From: Clostridia bacterium
GTDB taxonomy: Bacteria > Bacillota > Clostridia > Oscillospirales > CAG-272
Direction: 5' to 3'
Assembly: GCA_017462385.1 (NCBI GenBank)
Contig: JAFTRE010000011.1
Span: 24,391-88,390, forward strand
DNA: 64,000 nucleotides
The notes below the pieces were generated by a model. The model searched no databases, was not told where the DNA came from, and saw only the letters and a program-made list of their open reading frames with translations. Below are positions 45,991 through 54,396 of this stretch, piece after piece. Positions within the stretch are counted from its first letter, which is position 1, and every line of letters begins with the position of its first letter. Position numbers and translations under genes: made by a program.

Positions 45991-48642
45991 TCAGTCTTCT
46001 TTTTTCTTAAATGTCATGCATGCCGCTATACCGATAACGGCAATAACGCCCACAAATGCGGTAACACTGCCGCCGCAGCCACCGTTAGTTTCGGAAGGCT
46101 CGGTTGTAGTGGGATCATCGCTCACGGGAGTCGTAGTAGTTACGTCAGGGGTGTCGGGCACGGTATCGGGAGCAGATGTATCGGTGTCGGGAGCCGAGGT
46201 TTCGGTCTCCTTATCCAGCAACGACTCGCCGCCGTAGAACACCTCCAGTTCGGAACGGATATACTTGGTTATGATATCATAACCTGCTCCGTTGGGGTGA
46301 AGCGTATCGGGCAAATACTTGGTGGTAGTAGTAACGAGCTGATCGTTAAGCTCCTCGTTATCATACAGGTTGATATAGTGAACTCCGTACTTCTCGCAGA
46401 TCTGAGCCGCAAGGTCAAAGTAAGCACTCATATCCTGTGCGCTTCCCTTATTGTGACCGTCAAGATGGAAGTTGGAGATATAGAACAGGTCTGCCTTGGG
46501 ATACAGTTTCTTAGCAGTCGTGAAAATGTTCTCCAGACCGCCACCAAAAGTGGTAATATCAAATGTGGTGGTTCCCTCTGCGGTCATGACTCCGACGGGA
46601 ACAGTGTAGCGCGCATCGTTTACACCGCCGTGCATAACGATCATATCATAGTCCTTATCTTTTGATGCCAATGCGTTAAATATGTAACCTGAATCGCCCG
46701 TGTTGGAAATACGCGCGCCGCTATCGCCGTTATTGACAACAGTCATGCCGGTCTGTGCACCGATACGGCCTGCCCAGCTGAAGTAGAAGCCGCCGTCCTC
46801 GCCTGCACCGAAAGTGATCGAGTCACCGATAAACAGCGCCTTTTTGCCGGTCAGCTTACTTGTGGTATCGATTTCGGGAACAGTGATATTGAACATTTCC
46901 ATGTACTCCGCCTTGGTGGGCGCCTTGTTCTTGGAAATGAATGCGTATTCGGTCAGTGCGGCACGGAAGATGAATCTTACATAAGCGACTCCATTGGGTA
47001 CGGTGTAGCACAGCATACCTACGTTGTCACTGATAAGAAACTCTGTTTTAAAGTTTGCAGAGGACAGATTTGCAATACCCGCGCGATTGGCGTCATAAGT
47101 AGCGCCGAGAGTGGGCTGGGGAACGTGCAGAGCGGAAACATACAGCTTATCGCCCTCCTTTACGGGGATATAAGCGGTGCAATCGTAGGTAGCATTGGTG
47201 CTGACACTGCTCTTGTTTGCAAAGCCGCCGTAAATACCCGTAGCCGCGTTCCAGATATTGTCGCCGTCGGCTACAGAGCCTACATACCACTCGTTATAAG
47301 CGAGTGCGTCAAACTTCTGACCGTTTGTAACAAGCATATAATCCTTGTTATCGACCGAAGCGTTAACGCGAATATAAGAGACGCCGGAGGGAACGGTATA
47401 GGCAAGTATTACCTGCTTACTCTCGAATTCACCGGCAACCGTCAGCTCGGACACCTTGACCTCACCCGAAACATCTCCCGAGGTGGTATAGGTTGCAAGG
47501 GCGGGAGCGGTCTGGCTCTTATTATAGGGACCCATGTAAATAGTGTCGCCCTCCTTGACCTCTATGCGGGGAGTGTTTACATACTTGTCATCAGCCTTAA
47601 CGCCCTCCGCCGATGCATAGCCCTCAACGGTATCTTCGGCGGCATAGAGATTGGTGATGGATGTGGAGTCGGTAACATCAAGTGCACCGATAAAGCTGTC
47701 GGGCGACTTGCCCTGTGCGGCACACCAAGCCCGGTAGGTAACACCGTCGAAGGGCTGGTTGACAGTTGCAAGCGCGATGCCAGCCTCATGAACGGGAGTG
47801 GAAACAGTAACACGCACAAAGCCTGTATCGGAGCGCATGCGGTAAGCGTAAATGGTGTAACCGCCGCCAAGCTCCTCATAACGGACAAGATATGCGTCCT
47901 TTACGGTTGTAGTGCCCGTCTTGTTTGCATCGTGAAGCGTGAGGTGATAACCCTGCGATGTATTGGCGATGGCAAAATAGATTATATCGCCGGCCTTTAC
48001 GGGTATGTAGCCTTGAGTACAGTAGTACGAGCCGGAGGAGACCAGCTCACCGCTGACATCCGCACGACCTGCAAATGTACCGCCGGTAGCGTAAACATTG
48101 GTCAGCGCCGCCGCATCAACAGGGGTAGCGCCGCCGATAATGATCGTGGGATCAACATTTTTGGACTTCCAGTATGCGAGATACTCATCGCGGTTGAACG
48201 CCTGGTTCTTTGTAACCAGATAGCATTCTTCAAACATCTGCGAGCCTACGGGGGTAACGCTGCCTACTCCCGCGGGCACGGTGTAACACATAATGACAAG
48301 GTTGGTGTTCTCAAATGCAACGTAAGTATTGGCGTCGGTGACCGAGATCTTATCCTTGACCGCGCCGTTTGCGTCATAAGTTCTCAAATGATAGCCCTGA
48401 GTCGCTACGCAGGGACCGACATATATCTTGTCGCCCTCGGCAACAGGAATGTTCTTACCTGTAACAAAGTTGATGTTTGACTTTACGTCGCCGCCCGCCG
48501 TGGATGTGTTGGGCTCACCGTAGCCGTCAAACTCATAAATGTTGGTAAGTGTGGTTGCGGCACTTGCCGTCAGTGCGAACGCGGGAATGGCGGTCAACAG
48601 CATGACAAGGCAAAGCACCAAAGAAAGCAATTTTGTTTTCAT
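45991..48642 (-). CDS. cell-surface SGNH/GDSL hydrolase with four N-terminal repeats and a C-terminal membrane anchor
   Basis: Start trimmed to MKTKLLSLV (signal peptide ...ALTASA). SGNH blocks are FIGDSITFG, NNGDSG, MHGGVND and DTLHPN. Then a T/P/D-rich linker, then GGCGGS + TM helix + KKKED. Confidence 0.8.
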   Translation of the reverse strand: MKTKLLSLVLCLVMLLTAIPAFALTASAATTLTNIYEFDGYGEPNTSTAGGDVKSNINFVTGKNIPVAEGDKIYVGPCVATQGYHLRTYDANGAVKDKISVTDANTYVAFENTNLVIMCYTVPAGVGSVTPVGSQMFEECYLVTKNQAFNRDEYLAYWKSKNVDPTIIIGGATPVDAAALTNVYATGGTFAGRADVSGELVSSGSYYCTQGYIPVKAGDIIYFAIANTSQGYHLTLHDANKTGTTTVKDAYLVRYEELGGGYTIYAYRMRSDTGFVRVTVSTPVHEAGIALATVNQPFDGVTYRAWCAAQGKSPDSFIGALDVTDSTSITNLYAAEDTVEGYASAEGVKADDKYVNTPRIEVKEGDTIYMGPYNKSQTAPALATYTTSGDVSGEVKVSELTVAGEFESKQVILAYTVPSGVSYIRVNASVDNKDYMLVTNGQKFDALAYNEWYVGSVADGDNIWNAATGIYGGFANKSSVSTNATYDCTAYIPVKEGDKLYVSALHVPQPTLGATYDANRAGIANLSSANFKTEFLISDNVGMLCYTVPNGVAYVRFIFRAALTEYAFISKNKAPTKAEYMEMFNITVPEIDTTSKLTGKKALFIGDSITFGAGEDGGFYFSWAGRIGAQTGMTVVNNGDSGARISNTGDSGYIFNALASKDKDYDMIVMHGGVNDARYTVPVGVMTAEGTTTFDITTFGGGLENIFTTAKKLYPKADLFYISNFHLDGHNKGSAQDMSAYFDLAAQICEKYGVHYINLYDNEELNDQLVTTTTKYLPDTLHPNGAGYDIITKYIRSELEVFYGGESLLDKETETSAPDTDTSAPDTVPDTPDVTTTTPVSDDPTTTEPSETNGGCGGSVTAFVGVIAVIGIAACMTFKKKED
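46894..48552 (-). repeat. four tandem ~125-aa protein repeats inside the SGNH gene
   Basis: Recurrent pattern (I/L)TN(I/V/L)Y ... P(V/I)x(E/A)GDx(I/L)Y ... (Q)GYHL / YDAN ... (C/A)YTVPxGV ... V(T/S)xNQxF ... Y(L/R/N)xW. ORF-track aa about 38-165, 187-313, 336-459 and 468-590. Confidence 0.6.
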
Positions 48643-48789
48643 TAGCTCAAAGTTTCCTTTCAAAAAATTTTACCGCGTATATTATACTACACATTTCGCC
48701 GTTTAGCAATAAGGCCATCAAAATTTATTTAACAAAAAGTCCCATTGCGGAATATACTGTTATAAAAACGACTGTTTTGGAGGCGTAAA

Positions 48790-49275
48790 ATGCAAAGTTC
48801 AATCACCCCTCACAGCGGCATCTCGGGAGTACACCGCGATGTACGTCTCGGACGCGTGCTGACACGACACCGCGCGGATAAGCTGGCAATGATATCCGAC
48901 CTTACATATTACTGCATCGTTTTCGGGGACGTAATGCCCGACCTTGCCGCTCTGTTCGATGATATCGCTAAGGACGAGGCGGCGCATTTTCGTCTGCTGG
49001 GCGAGCTTATCGCAGCGCTCGGACAGGATCCCGCCATAAATGTCAGGCTGCGCAACGAGCCGCTGGGACTTATCGATGATAAGCCCTGTCGCGCCCCTGC
49101 CGCGGCGGCGCGCGTACTTAATTCTTTGCTTGAACGCGAGACGACGGCGTCCCGCGATTTTGCCCGTCTTGCCGCGTTTGCCGCCGACAACATAAGTGCC
49201 GCCGATATCTTAACTCGTCTCGCCACAGACGACAGTCTGCACGCACGGGCATTGAGAGGGGCAATAAGAAAATAA
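48790..49275 (+). CDS. ferritin-like / rubrerythrin-fold four-helix protein
   Basis: GGAGG SD. One E-x-x-H (IAKDEAAHFRLLGEL) and a D-x-x-H (TDDSLHARAL). Weak by-eye assignment. Confidence 0.4.
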   Translation: MQSSITPHSGISGVHRDVRLGRVLTRHRADKLAMISDLTYYCIVFGDVMPDLAALFDDIAKDEAAHFRLLGELIAALGQDPAINVRLRNEPLGLIDDKPCRAPAAAARVLNSLLERETTASRDFARLAAFAADNISAADILTRLATDDSLHARALRGAIRK

Positions 49276-49349
49276 CGTTTGATTTGAAAACAAACCAATA
49301 AATTTTTTCAAAAAAACGGAATTTTTTAGCATTTAATGGTAAATTTATA

Positions 49350-49378
49350 TTGACATAGGCACTGTTTTGTGATATTAT
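49350..49378 (+). promoter_or_regulatory. sigma-A type promoter for ald
   Basis: TTGACA, 17 nt, TATTAT. Confidence 0.7.
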
Positions 49379-49421
49379 TTACGTTATTAATATATGAATT
49401 TGTTTAACCATGGGGGTTATT

Positions 49422-50534
49422 ATGAAAATAGGAACTACAAAAGAGCTCAAAAATCACGAATACCGAGTCGGTCTTACTCCCGACAACGTACTTGCTTATA
49501 CATCAAAGGGACATACCGTATACGTTGAAAAGGGCGCGGGTGTCGGCGCCGGATTTTCCGACGACGAATATGTAAAAGCAGGTGCGGTCATGATGGACAC
49601 CCCCGCCGAGGTATTTGGGGCATCTGACATGATCGTAAAGGTAAAAGAGCTTGAGGAGTGCGAATATGGCTACCTCAAGGAGGGGCAGATTCTTTACACC
49701 TATCTTCACCTCGCGGCAAATCCAAAGTTCGCCGACATGCTTATCCAAAAATGCGCTATCGCTGTTGCATATGAAACTATTACGGACAACATGGGCAACC
49801 TGCCCTGCCTGCGTCCCATGAGCCAGATCGCGGGACGTCTCTCTGTTCAGGAGGGCGCGAAGTATCTTGAAAAAGGCTTTGGCGGTCGCGGTATTCTGCT
49901 GGGCGGAGTTCCCGGTGTTGAGCGCGGTAAAATAGTTATCATAGGCGGCGGTGTTGCAGGTACTTATGCGGCAAAGGCGGCTGTCGGTATCGACGCGCAG
50001 GTAACTCTGCTGGACGTCAACGCCAACAGACTTGCATATCTCGAGGACATTTTCGGTGCATCAGTCACCACGCTTTACAGCACCGAGGCAAATGTCCGTA
50101 AGGCGCTCAAGCAGGCTGACCTTGTGATCGGATCTGTACTCATTCCCGGCGGATCGGCTCCCAAGATCGTAAGACGCGAGCATCTGAGTCTCATGAAAAA
50201 GGGCGCCGTTATCGTCGATATCGCCATTGACCAGGGCGGCTGCTGCGAATCCTCACATGTCACAACGCACGACGAGCCTATTTATGTCGAGGAAGGAATA
50301 GTTCACTATTGTGTCGGCAACATGCCGGGTGCTGTTCCCTACACCTCTACTGTCGCGCTCACCAACTCAACGCTTCGTTACGGTCTTATGATCGCCGACA
50401 TGGGCATCGAAAAGGCAACCGCAAAGGATGCGGGACTTGCCAACGGCGTCAACATCTGCCGCGGCAAGTGCACAAACAAAAACGTGGCACAAAGCTTGGG
50501 GCTCGAATACACCGAGCTGTCCGCAGCACTTTAA
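49422..50534 (+). CDS. ald: alanine dehydrogenase
   Basis: [21 protein letters not shown]-terminus, Rossmann fold [15 protein letters not shown], 370 aa. Start trimmed to MKIGT. Confidence 0.93.
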   Translation: MKIGTTKELKNHEYRVGLTPDNVLAYTSKGHTVYVEKGAGVGAGFSDDEYVKAGAVMMDTPAEVFGASDMIVKVKELEECEYGYLKEGQILYTYLHLAANPKFADMLIQKCAIAVAYETITDNMGNLPCLRPMSQIAGRLSVQEGAKYLEKGFGGRGILLGGVPGVERGKIVIIGGGVAGTYAAKAAVGIDAQVTLLDVNANRLAYLEDIFGASVTTLYSTEANVRKALKQADLVIGSVLIPGGSAPKIVRREHLSLMKKGAVIVDIAIDQGGCCESSHVTTHDEPIYVEEGIVHYCVGNMPGAVPYTSTVALTNSTLRYGLMIADMGIEKATAKDAGLANGVNICRGKCTNKNVAQSLGLEYTELSAAL

Positions 50535-50594
50535 TGTATATCACAAACAAAAAAGCGGAATTGGCGGGTGCCCGTAAAACAGTATAAAGTGCGT

Positions 50595-50628
50595 CCCGGA
50601 GAAGGATAATCTTCTCCGGGCGTTTCTT
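50595..50628 (+). terminator. intrinsic terminator after ald
   Basis: CCCGGAGAAG-GATAAT-CTTCTCCGGG followed by CGTTTCTT. Confidence 0.7.
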
Positions 50629-50713
50629 GCGTAGATGGTAGAATTTTTCACATTTTTCTGATATACTTTATTCAACGAAAGATCGAGAAAAATTAGAATT
50701 TGGAGAGATTACA

Positions 50714-51685
50714 ATGTCAATATTTACAAAGATAGCAAAAAAATATAATTGGAATTTGAGAGGTGAACCTACCCGCCTGAATGGCGGTTTTATGCACAAG
50801 ATGTATAAGGTTGACACGAAGCAAGGCACTTATGCACTTAAACTGCTGAACCCATTTGTTATGCAAAGAGAAACAGCTATGGCGAATTACGCAAAAGCCG
50901 AACAAATAGAACTTCTATTAGAGCAGCAAGATGTCCCCATTCTCCCTGCGCTATCTTTTGGAGGAAGAAAAATGCAGGAAATAGATGGTGAATACTTCTA
51001 CATCTTTGATTATTTTTCTGGAAAACCTTTGAAAAGTAATGAGATAACAGAATATCATTGCAGAGAAGTAGGAAAGGTACTTGCTAAAATCCATAGTATA
51101 GACAAGAAGTTTGAGAACGAAAACTTTTCTGAAATGTCTATTGATTGGGAGTTCTATCTCGCCGAAATGAAAAAAGCCGATGTGAGATTGCATGCGATAT
51201 TGAAAGACGGTTTTCCGATAATTAAAGACAGCCAAAATAAAGGCAATTTGGCAAGAAAGAAACTGCCCCAAATTGTATCTATCTGCCATAACGATATGGA
51301 TTGCAAAAACGTTCTCTGGAATGGGAATGATTATCGTATTATTGATTTGGAATGCTTATCTTACAGCAATCCGTTTATGGAATTGTTTGAACTGGCGTTA
51401 TGTTGGTCGGGATATGAGGATTGTCAAATTAATTTTCGGATGTTTCAGGCTTTTTTGCAGGGATATAAAAATGCGGGCGGAAAATTGCCCGCAGATTGGG
51501 AAACACTATATGATTGCAATAACGGCAGATTGAAATGGTTGGAATATAATATTAAGCGTGTTTTAGGTATTGACTGTGGAGATGATGAAAAAGAAATTGG
51601 AATACAACAGGTTGAAGAAACAGTTCAGCACATCATTTACTATTCAGAGATGAAGAAGCAAATACTTGAGTATTGTATTATATAA
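50714..51685 (+). CDS. phosphotransferase-family kinase (APH / choline-kinase fold)
   Basis: Brenner-type catalytic loop ICHNDMDCKNVLW followed by YRIIDLE. N-lobe YALKLL lysine. Markedly AT-rich codon usage. Confidence 0.8.
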   Translation: MSIFTKIAKKYNWNLRGEPTRLNGGFMHKMYKVDTKQGTYALKLLNPFVMQRETAMANYAKAEQIELLLEQQDVPILPALSFGGRKMQEIDGEYFYIFDYFSGKPLKSNEITEYHCREVGKVLAKIHSIDKKFENENFSEMSIDWEFYLAEMKKADVRLHAILKDGFPIIKDSQNKGNLARKKLPQIVSICHNDMDCKNVLWNGNDYRIIDLECLSYSNPFMELFELALCWSGYEDCQINFRMFQAFLQGYKNAGGKLPADWETLYDCNNGRLKWLEYNIKRVLGIDCGDDEKEIGIQQVEETVQHIIYYSEMKKQILEYCII

Positions 51686-51712
51686 ATTACGATTTGTCGG
51701 GCTGTTGAAAAC

Positions 51713-51924
51713 CCTTTAGGAACTAAAGGACGCACTTCTATACTCTCCTGTCGGGAGTATCGTGCGTCCTGCGGAGCTTCATTCTCCGTCAGCAGAAGAA
51801 AACTGCTTGACCGAGAATGTTGCGCTCACTTCGTTCCGTCAAGGTGGCTATACCCCACAGCAAAGCTAAAGCGGCTATCCCCTGTGTACTTGCCGTCCGC
51901 AAACGGTTTTATCAAACCGTTCGC
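51713..51924. other. GC-rich block of four stable hairpins (structured RNA or relic element)
   Basis: Four hairpins. (1) 51713-51729, 7 bp. (2) 51728-51769, 8+8 bp including one G-U wobble. (3) 51780-51819, 15 bp with one mismatch and one bulge. (4) 51899-51924, 10 bp with one mismatch. Confidence 0.4.
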
Positions 51925-52026
51925 CGCCAGCAAGTTTGAATGAAAAATCGAGATTTTCCAAATTCGCTGTTTATGGGAAAGAATTTTCACAGTAGATGAT
52001 GTACAATATCTTCGGAGGTGAACATA

Positions 52027-52521
52027 ATGGATCAAGTGAAAATCGGAAAATTTATTGCTGAACTCCGCCGAAGAAACGGTCTCACACAGGAAGCATTGGG
52101 CGAAAAGATTGGTGTTACCAACAAAACTATTTCACGATGGGAAAATGGCAATTATATGCCAGACATTGAAATGCTCCAATTATTAGCCCAAGAATTTAAG
52201 GTAAGTATCAATGAATTGCTGTCTGGGGAAAGACTATCGGACGAAGATTTTAGACAGAAAGCAGATGAAAATGTAATTGCCGTGTCCAAAGCAAGCGTGT
52301 TCTCATTTGAAGAAAGAAAGGTATATTTTAAGAAAAAGTGGCGCAAAGAGCATATCTCGCTTTTTGTCGTTCTGTTTTTCATTTTTGTTGCGTCTATCAT
52401 ATTACCATTTGTTTTTGATAAATCATCTCTTGTTGGATTATCACCATTCATTGCACTCATTGAATATGGATATCAAAATAACAAGATGATGATATATGTT
52501 GAAAAAAATCTTTACGACTGA
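52027..52521 (+). CDS. XRE-family HTH regulator with C-terminal TM segments
   Basis: IAELRRRNGLTQEALGEKIGVTNKTISRWENG HTH, then ISLFVVLFFIFVASIILPFVF TM. Start trimmed to MDQVKIG after GGAGG. Confidence 0.8.
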   Translation: MDQVKIGKFIAELRRRNGLTQEALGEKIGVTNKTISRWENGNYMPDIEMLQLLAQEFKVSINELLSGERLSDEDFRQKADENVIAVSKASVFSFEERKVYFKKKWRKEHISLFVVLFFIFVASIILPFVFDKSSLVGLSPFIALIEYGYQNNKMMIYVEKNLYD

Positions 52522-52610
52522 TGTAAAAATAACTGAATACAGAAAAACTGACCGTTGACTGGTCGCAGTGTGCGAAATGTTGGCGGCAAGTTTGAAGAAA
52601 AAGCATAAAA

Positions 52611-52646
52611 TAATCCTCCGCATGATTATAACCATGCGGAGGATTA
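52611..52646. terminator. hairpin between the XRE gene (+) and the anti-sigma-like gene (-)
   Basis: TAATCCTCCGCATG-ATTATAAC-CATGCGGAGGATTA. Confidence 0.6.
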
Positions 52647-52689
52647 ACTGGTTTATGACCACCCAGCTATATACCGTCTTTTTTGTTTG

Positions 52690-53745
52690 TTACTTCGCCG
52701 GCGACGGTACAGCCGTCACGGCATTATTTTCGGGCGCGGTGTTGCCTGCATTATTATTTTTGGCATCGCCGTAATAATGATACTGCATATCTATCTCGGC
52801 AACCGAGATCAACCATTCATTATCCTCTTCGCTCAGCTCGGCTCCAAATCCGTCGCCGTACTTTTTTATGATAGATGACGTGGGCGAATAGTTGAATTTA
52901 AGCTTTCGTCCGCTCGCCAGTGTAACGACCACCTCTCTTTCAGTCTGCTCGGACAGCGGCATAGTGCCGTTTTTATATTCTTCATCGTCAGCAAACACAC
53001 GAACCCAACCGTTCCAACCATTACCGTCACGGTCGACGAGAGTACATAACAGCGTGTACATACGCTGTGCCGACTCGCTGTCGCGCAGTGTGACCGCCTT
53101 GATTTTTACGCTGTCGCCAATATCCGTTTTGTCTATATCGGCGTCCTCAAATTTCACGGATATAATATCCTCCGCGCTCTCTACGCCGTAAATTATGCCA
53201 AGCGTATCAGCGTAGGTTATCTTTGCGTCGGCATCAAGGGCTGCTATATCCTCGTCGGTAAAATACCCGCCGGTATACCAGTAAGATGTTTTCCACCGTT
53301 CAGAGGACATAGGCTGTATCCACGAGTCAAACTCTATCAGCCACAGGTCCTCATCCTGCTCAAAAATGAGTCGGGCAAGATCATTCGCTCCCTTGATGCG
53401 ATAAAAGCTCACGTCGCCGTGCCGGCGGTACAGCTCGCCGCGACACGATTCTATCACAGTCTCCTCATAAGGGCTCATATCCACAAAAGCATAGCTTGCC
53501 ATTTTGTCATCCACGCGCACAACGGTAAGCTGAAGCGCGTTTGTACTCGCCCCCCACATATCCGACGGAGTAAAAAACCACACCGAAAATATCCCCAAGC
53601 CAAACGCCAACAAAACACTTGCCGCCGCCGTCAGCCACCGCGCGGTTTTGCGCGACACCCGTGATTTAGCCTTATACTCCGCCGCCTCAGCGACATATTC
53701 ATCCGAAATACCTGCCACGGCTTGGCATATCATTTGTCTTGTCAT
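52690..53745 (-). CDS. single-pass membrane protein, putative anti-sigma factor / sensor
   Basis: ATGA overlap with the sigma gene. Short cytoplasmic N-terminus (GISDEYVAEAAEY), TM helix (WLTAAASVLLAFGLGIFSVWFF), about 280-aa ectodomain. No zinc-binding anti-sigma motif. Confidence 0.55.
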   Translation of the reverse strand: MTRQMICQAVAGISDEYVAEAAEYKAKSRVSRKTARWLTAAASVLLAFGLGIFSVWFFTPSDMWGASTNALQLTVVRVDDKMASYAFVDMSPYEETVIESCRGELYRRHGDVSFYRIKGANDLARLIFEQDEDLWLIEFDSWIQPMSSERWKTSYWYTGGYFTDEDIAALDADAKITYADTLGIIYGVESAEDIISVKFEDADIDKTDIGDSVKIKAVTLRDSESAQRMYTLLCTLVDRDGNGWNGWVRVFADDEEYKNGTMPLSEQTEREVVVTLASGRKLKFNYSPTSSIIKKYGDGFGAELSEEDNEWLISVAEIDMQYHYYGDAKNNNAGNTAPENNAVTAVPSPAK

Positions 53746-54299
53746 ATGTTTACACCTCTCTCCCTCAAATATTCACGCAGCTTGTTTCTTGTTCGCGAAA
53801 GCTTGACCGCGACATAGTTTTTACTTCTACCCACCAGATGTGCGATGTCCTCGGGCGCATCCGAAAACCAATATCTGCGCACGAATATGACGCGGCTCTC
53901 TTTGTCGAGTGTACCCAAAAAGCTGTTTATGTGCTCTCCCGTCTCGCGGGCGAGGTAGTCGTCTGCGGGCGACTCGGGCGAGGTGAGACACTCTTCCAGC
54001 TCGTCAAGTGCGACATCGTACAGGCTGTTGCGCTTTTGCGCCGTGTTTTTATGATACCTTTTCGCTGCAAGATTGCGGACGATGCGGCAGACATAAGGTA
54101 ACAGCTGCTCGGGGTGGTTGGGCGGAATACTGTTCCACACGCCGAGATAGCTATCGTTGACGCATTCCTCGGCGTCTGCTGTGTTGTTCAGAATATTATG
54201 CGCCACACGGTGGCATATCTCACCGTATTTTTGATCGATCTCCGCCAACGCCTCCTCGCGCCGTTCAAATAATAATTCTATTATTCGGCTGTCATCCAT
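53742..54299 (-). CDS. sigma-70 family (ECF-like) RNA polymerase sigma factor
   Basis: Region 2 (AEECVNDSYLGVWNSIP) and region 4 (EDIAHLVGRSKNYVAVKLSRTRNKLREYL). Confidence 0.88.
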   Translation of the reverse strand: MDDSRIIELLFERREEALAEIDQKYGEICHRVAHNILNNTADAEECVNDSYLGVWNSIPPNHPEQLLPYVCRIVRNLAAKRYHKNTAQKRNSLYDVALDELEECLTSPESPADDYLARETGEHINSFLGTLDKESRVIFVRRYWFSDAPEDIAHLVGRSKNYVAVKLSRTRNKLREYLRERGVNI

Positions 54300-54354
54300 G
54301 CCGTCACCACCTTTCTCATCTATATACTACCGATTTGGGAGAGAAAATTACACA

Positions 54355-54395
54355 TTTTCAAAAATTCCCGACAAAAATTTTTGTCGGGAATTTTT
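54355..54395 (-). terminator. intrinsic terminator after the second ABC operon
   Basis: AATTCCCGACAAAAA/TTTTTGTCGGGAATT palindrome with T runs. Confidence 0.8.
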
Positions 54396-54396
54396 G

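Noticed and set aside
46084-46221. Nucleotide-level short repeats (GTATCGGGAGC / GTGTCGGGAGCC etc.)
   Set aside because: They encode the Thr/Pro/Asp-rich stalk (SAPDTDTSAPDTVPDTPD) of the surface protein. This is coding low complexity, not a CRISPR or an intergenic tandem repeat.
47125-48480. 451-aa ORF on the + strand
   Set aside because: Antisense shadow of the repeat region of the SGNH surface protein gene. The minus-strand frame has a signal peptide, repeats and SGNH blocks, while this one has none.
51686-51952. In-frame open continuation (~88 codons) directly after the APH-like kinase stop codon, as possible stop-codon read-through or a split pseudogene
   Set aside because: The continuation is Cys/Arg/Ser-rich with no kinase-like or other motif. 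Composition switches abruptly at the stop codon, and the kinase already looks full-length. The openness is better explained by GC-rich hairpin DNA.
51925-52605. Short direct repeats GCAAGTTTGAA(T)GAAAAA at about 51929-51946 and about 52587-52603 flanking the XRE gene, as possible att/target-site duplication
   Set aside because: Only 11 + 6 matching nt with an indel, in AT-rich DNA, and no recombinase nearby. It cannot be distinguished from chance without comparative data.
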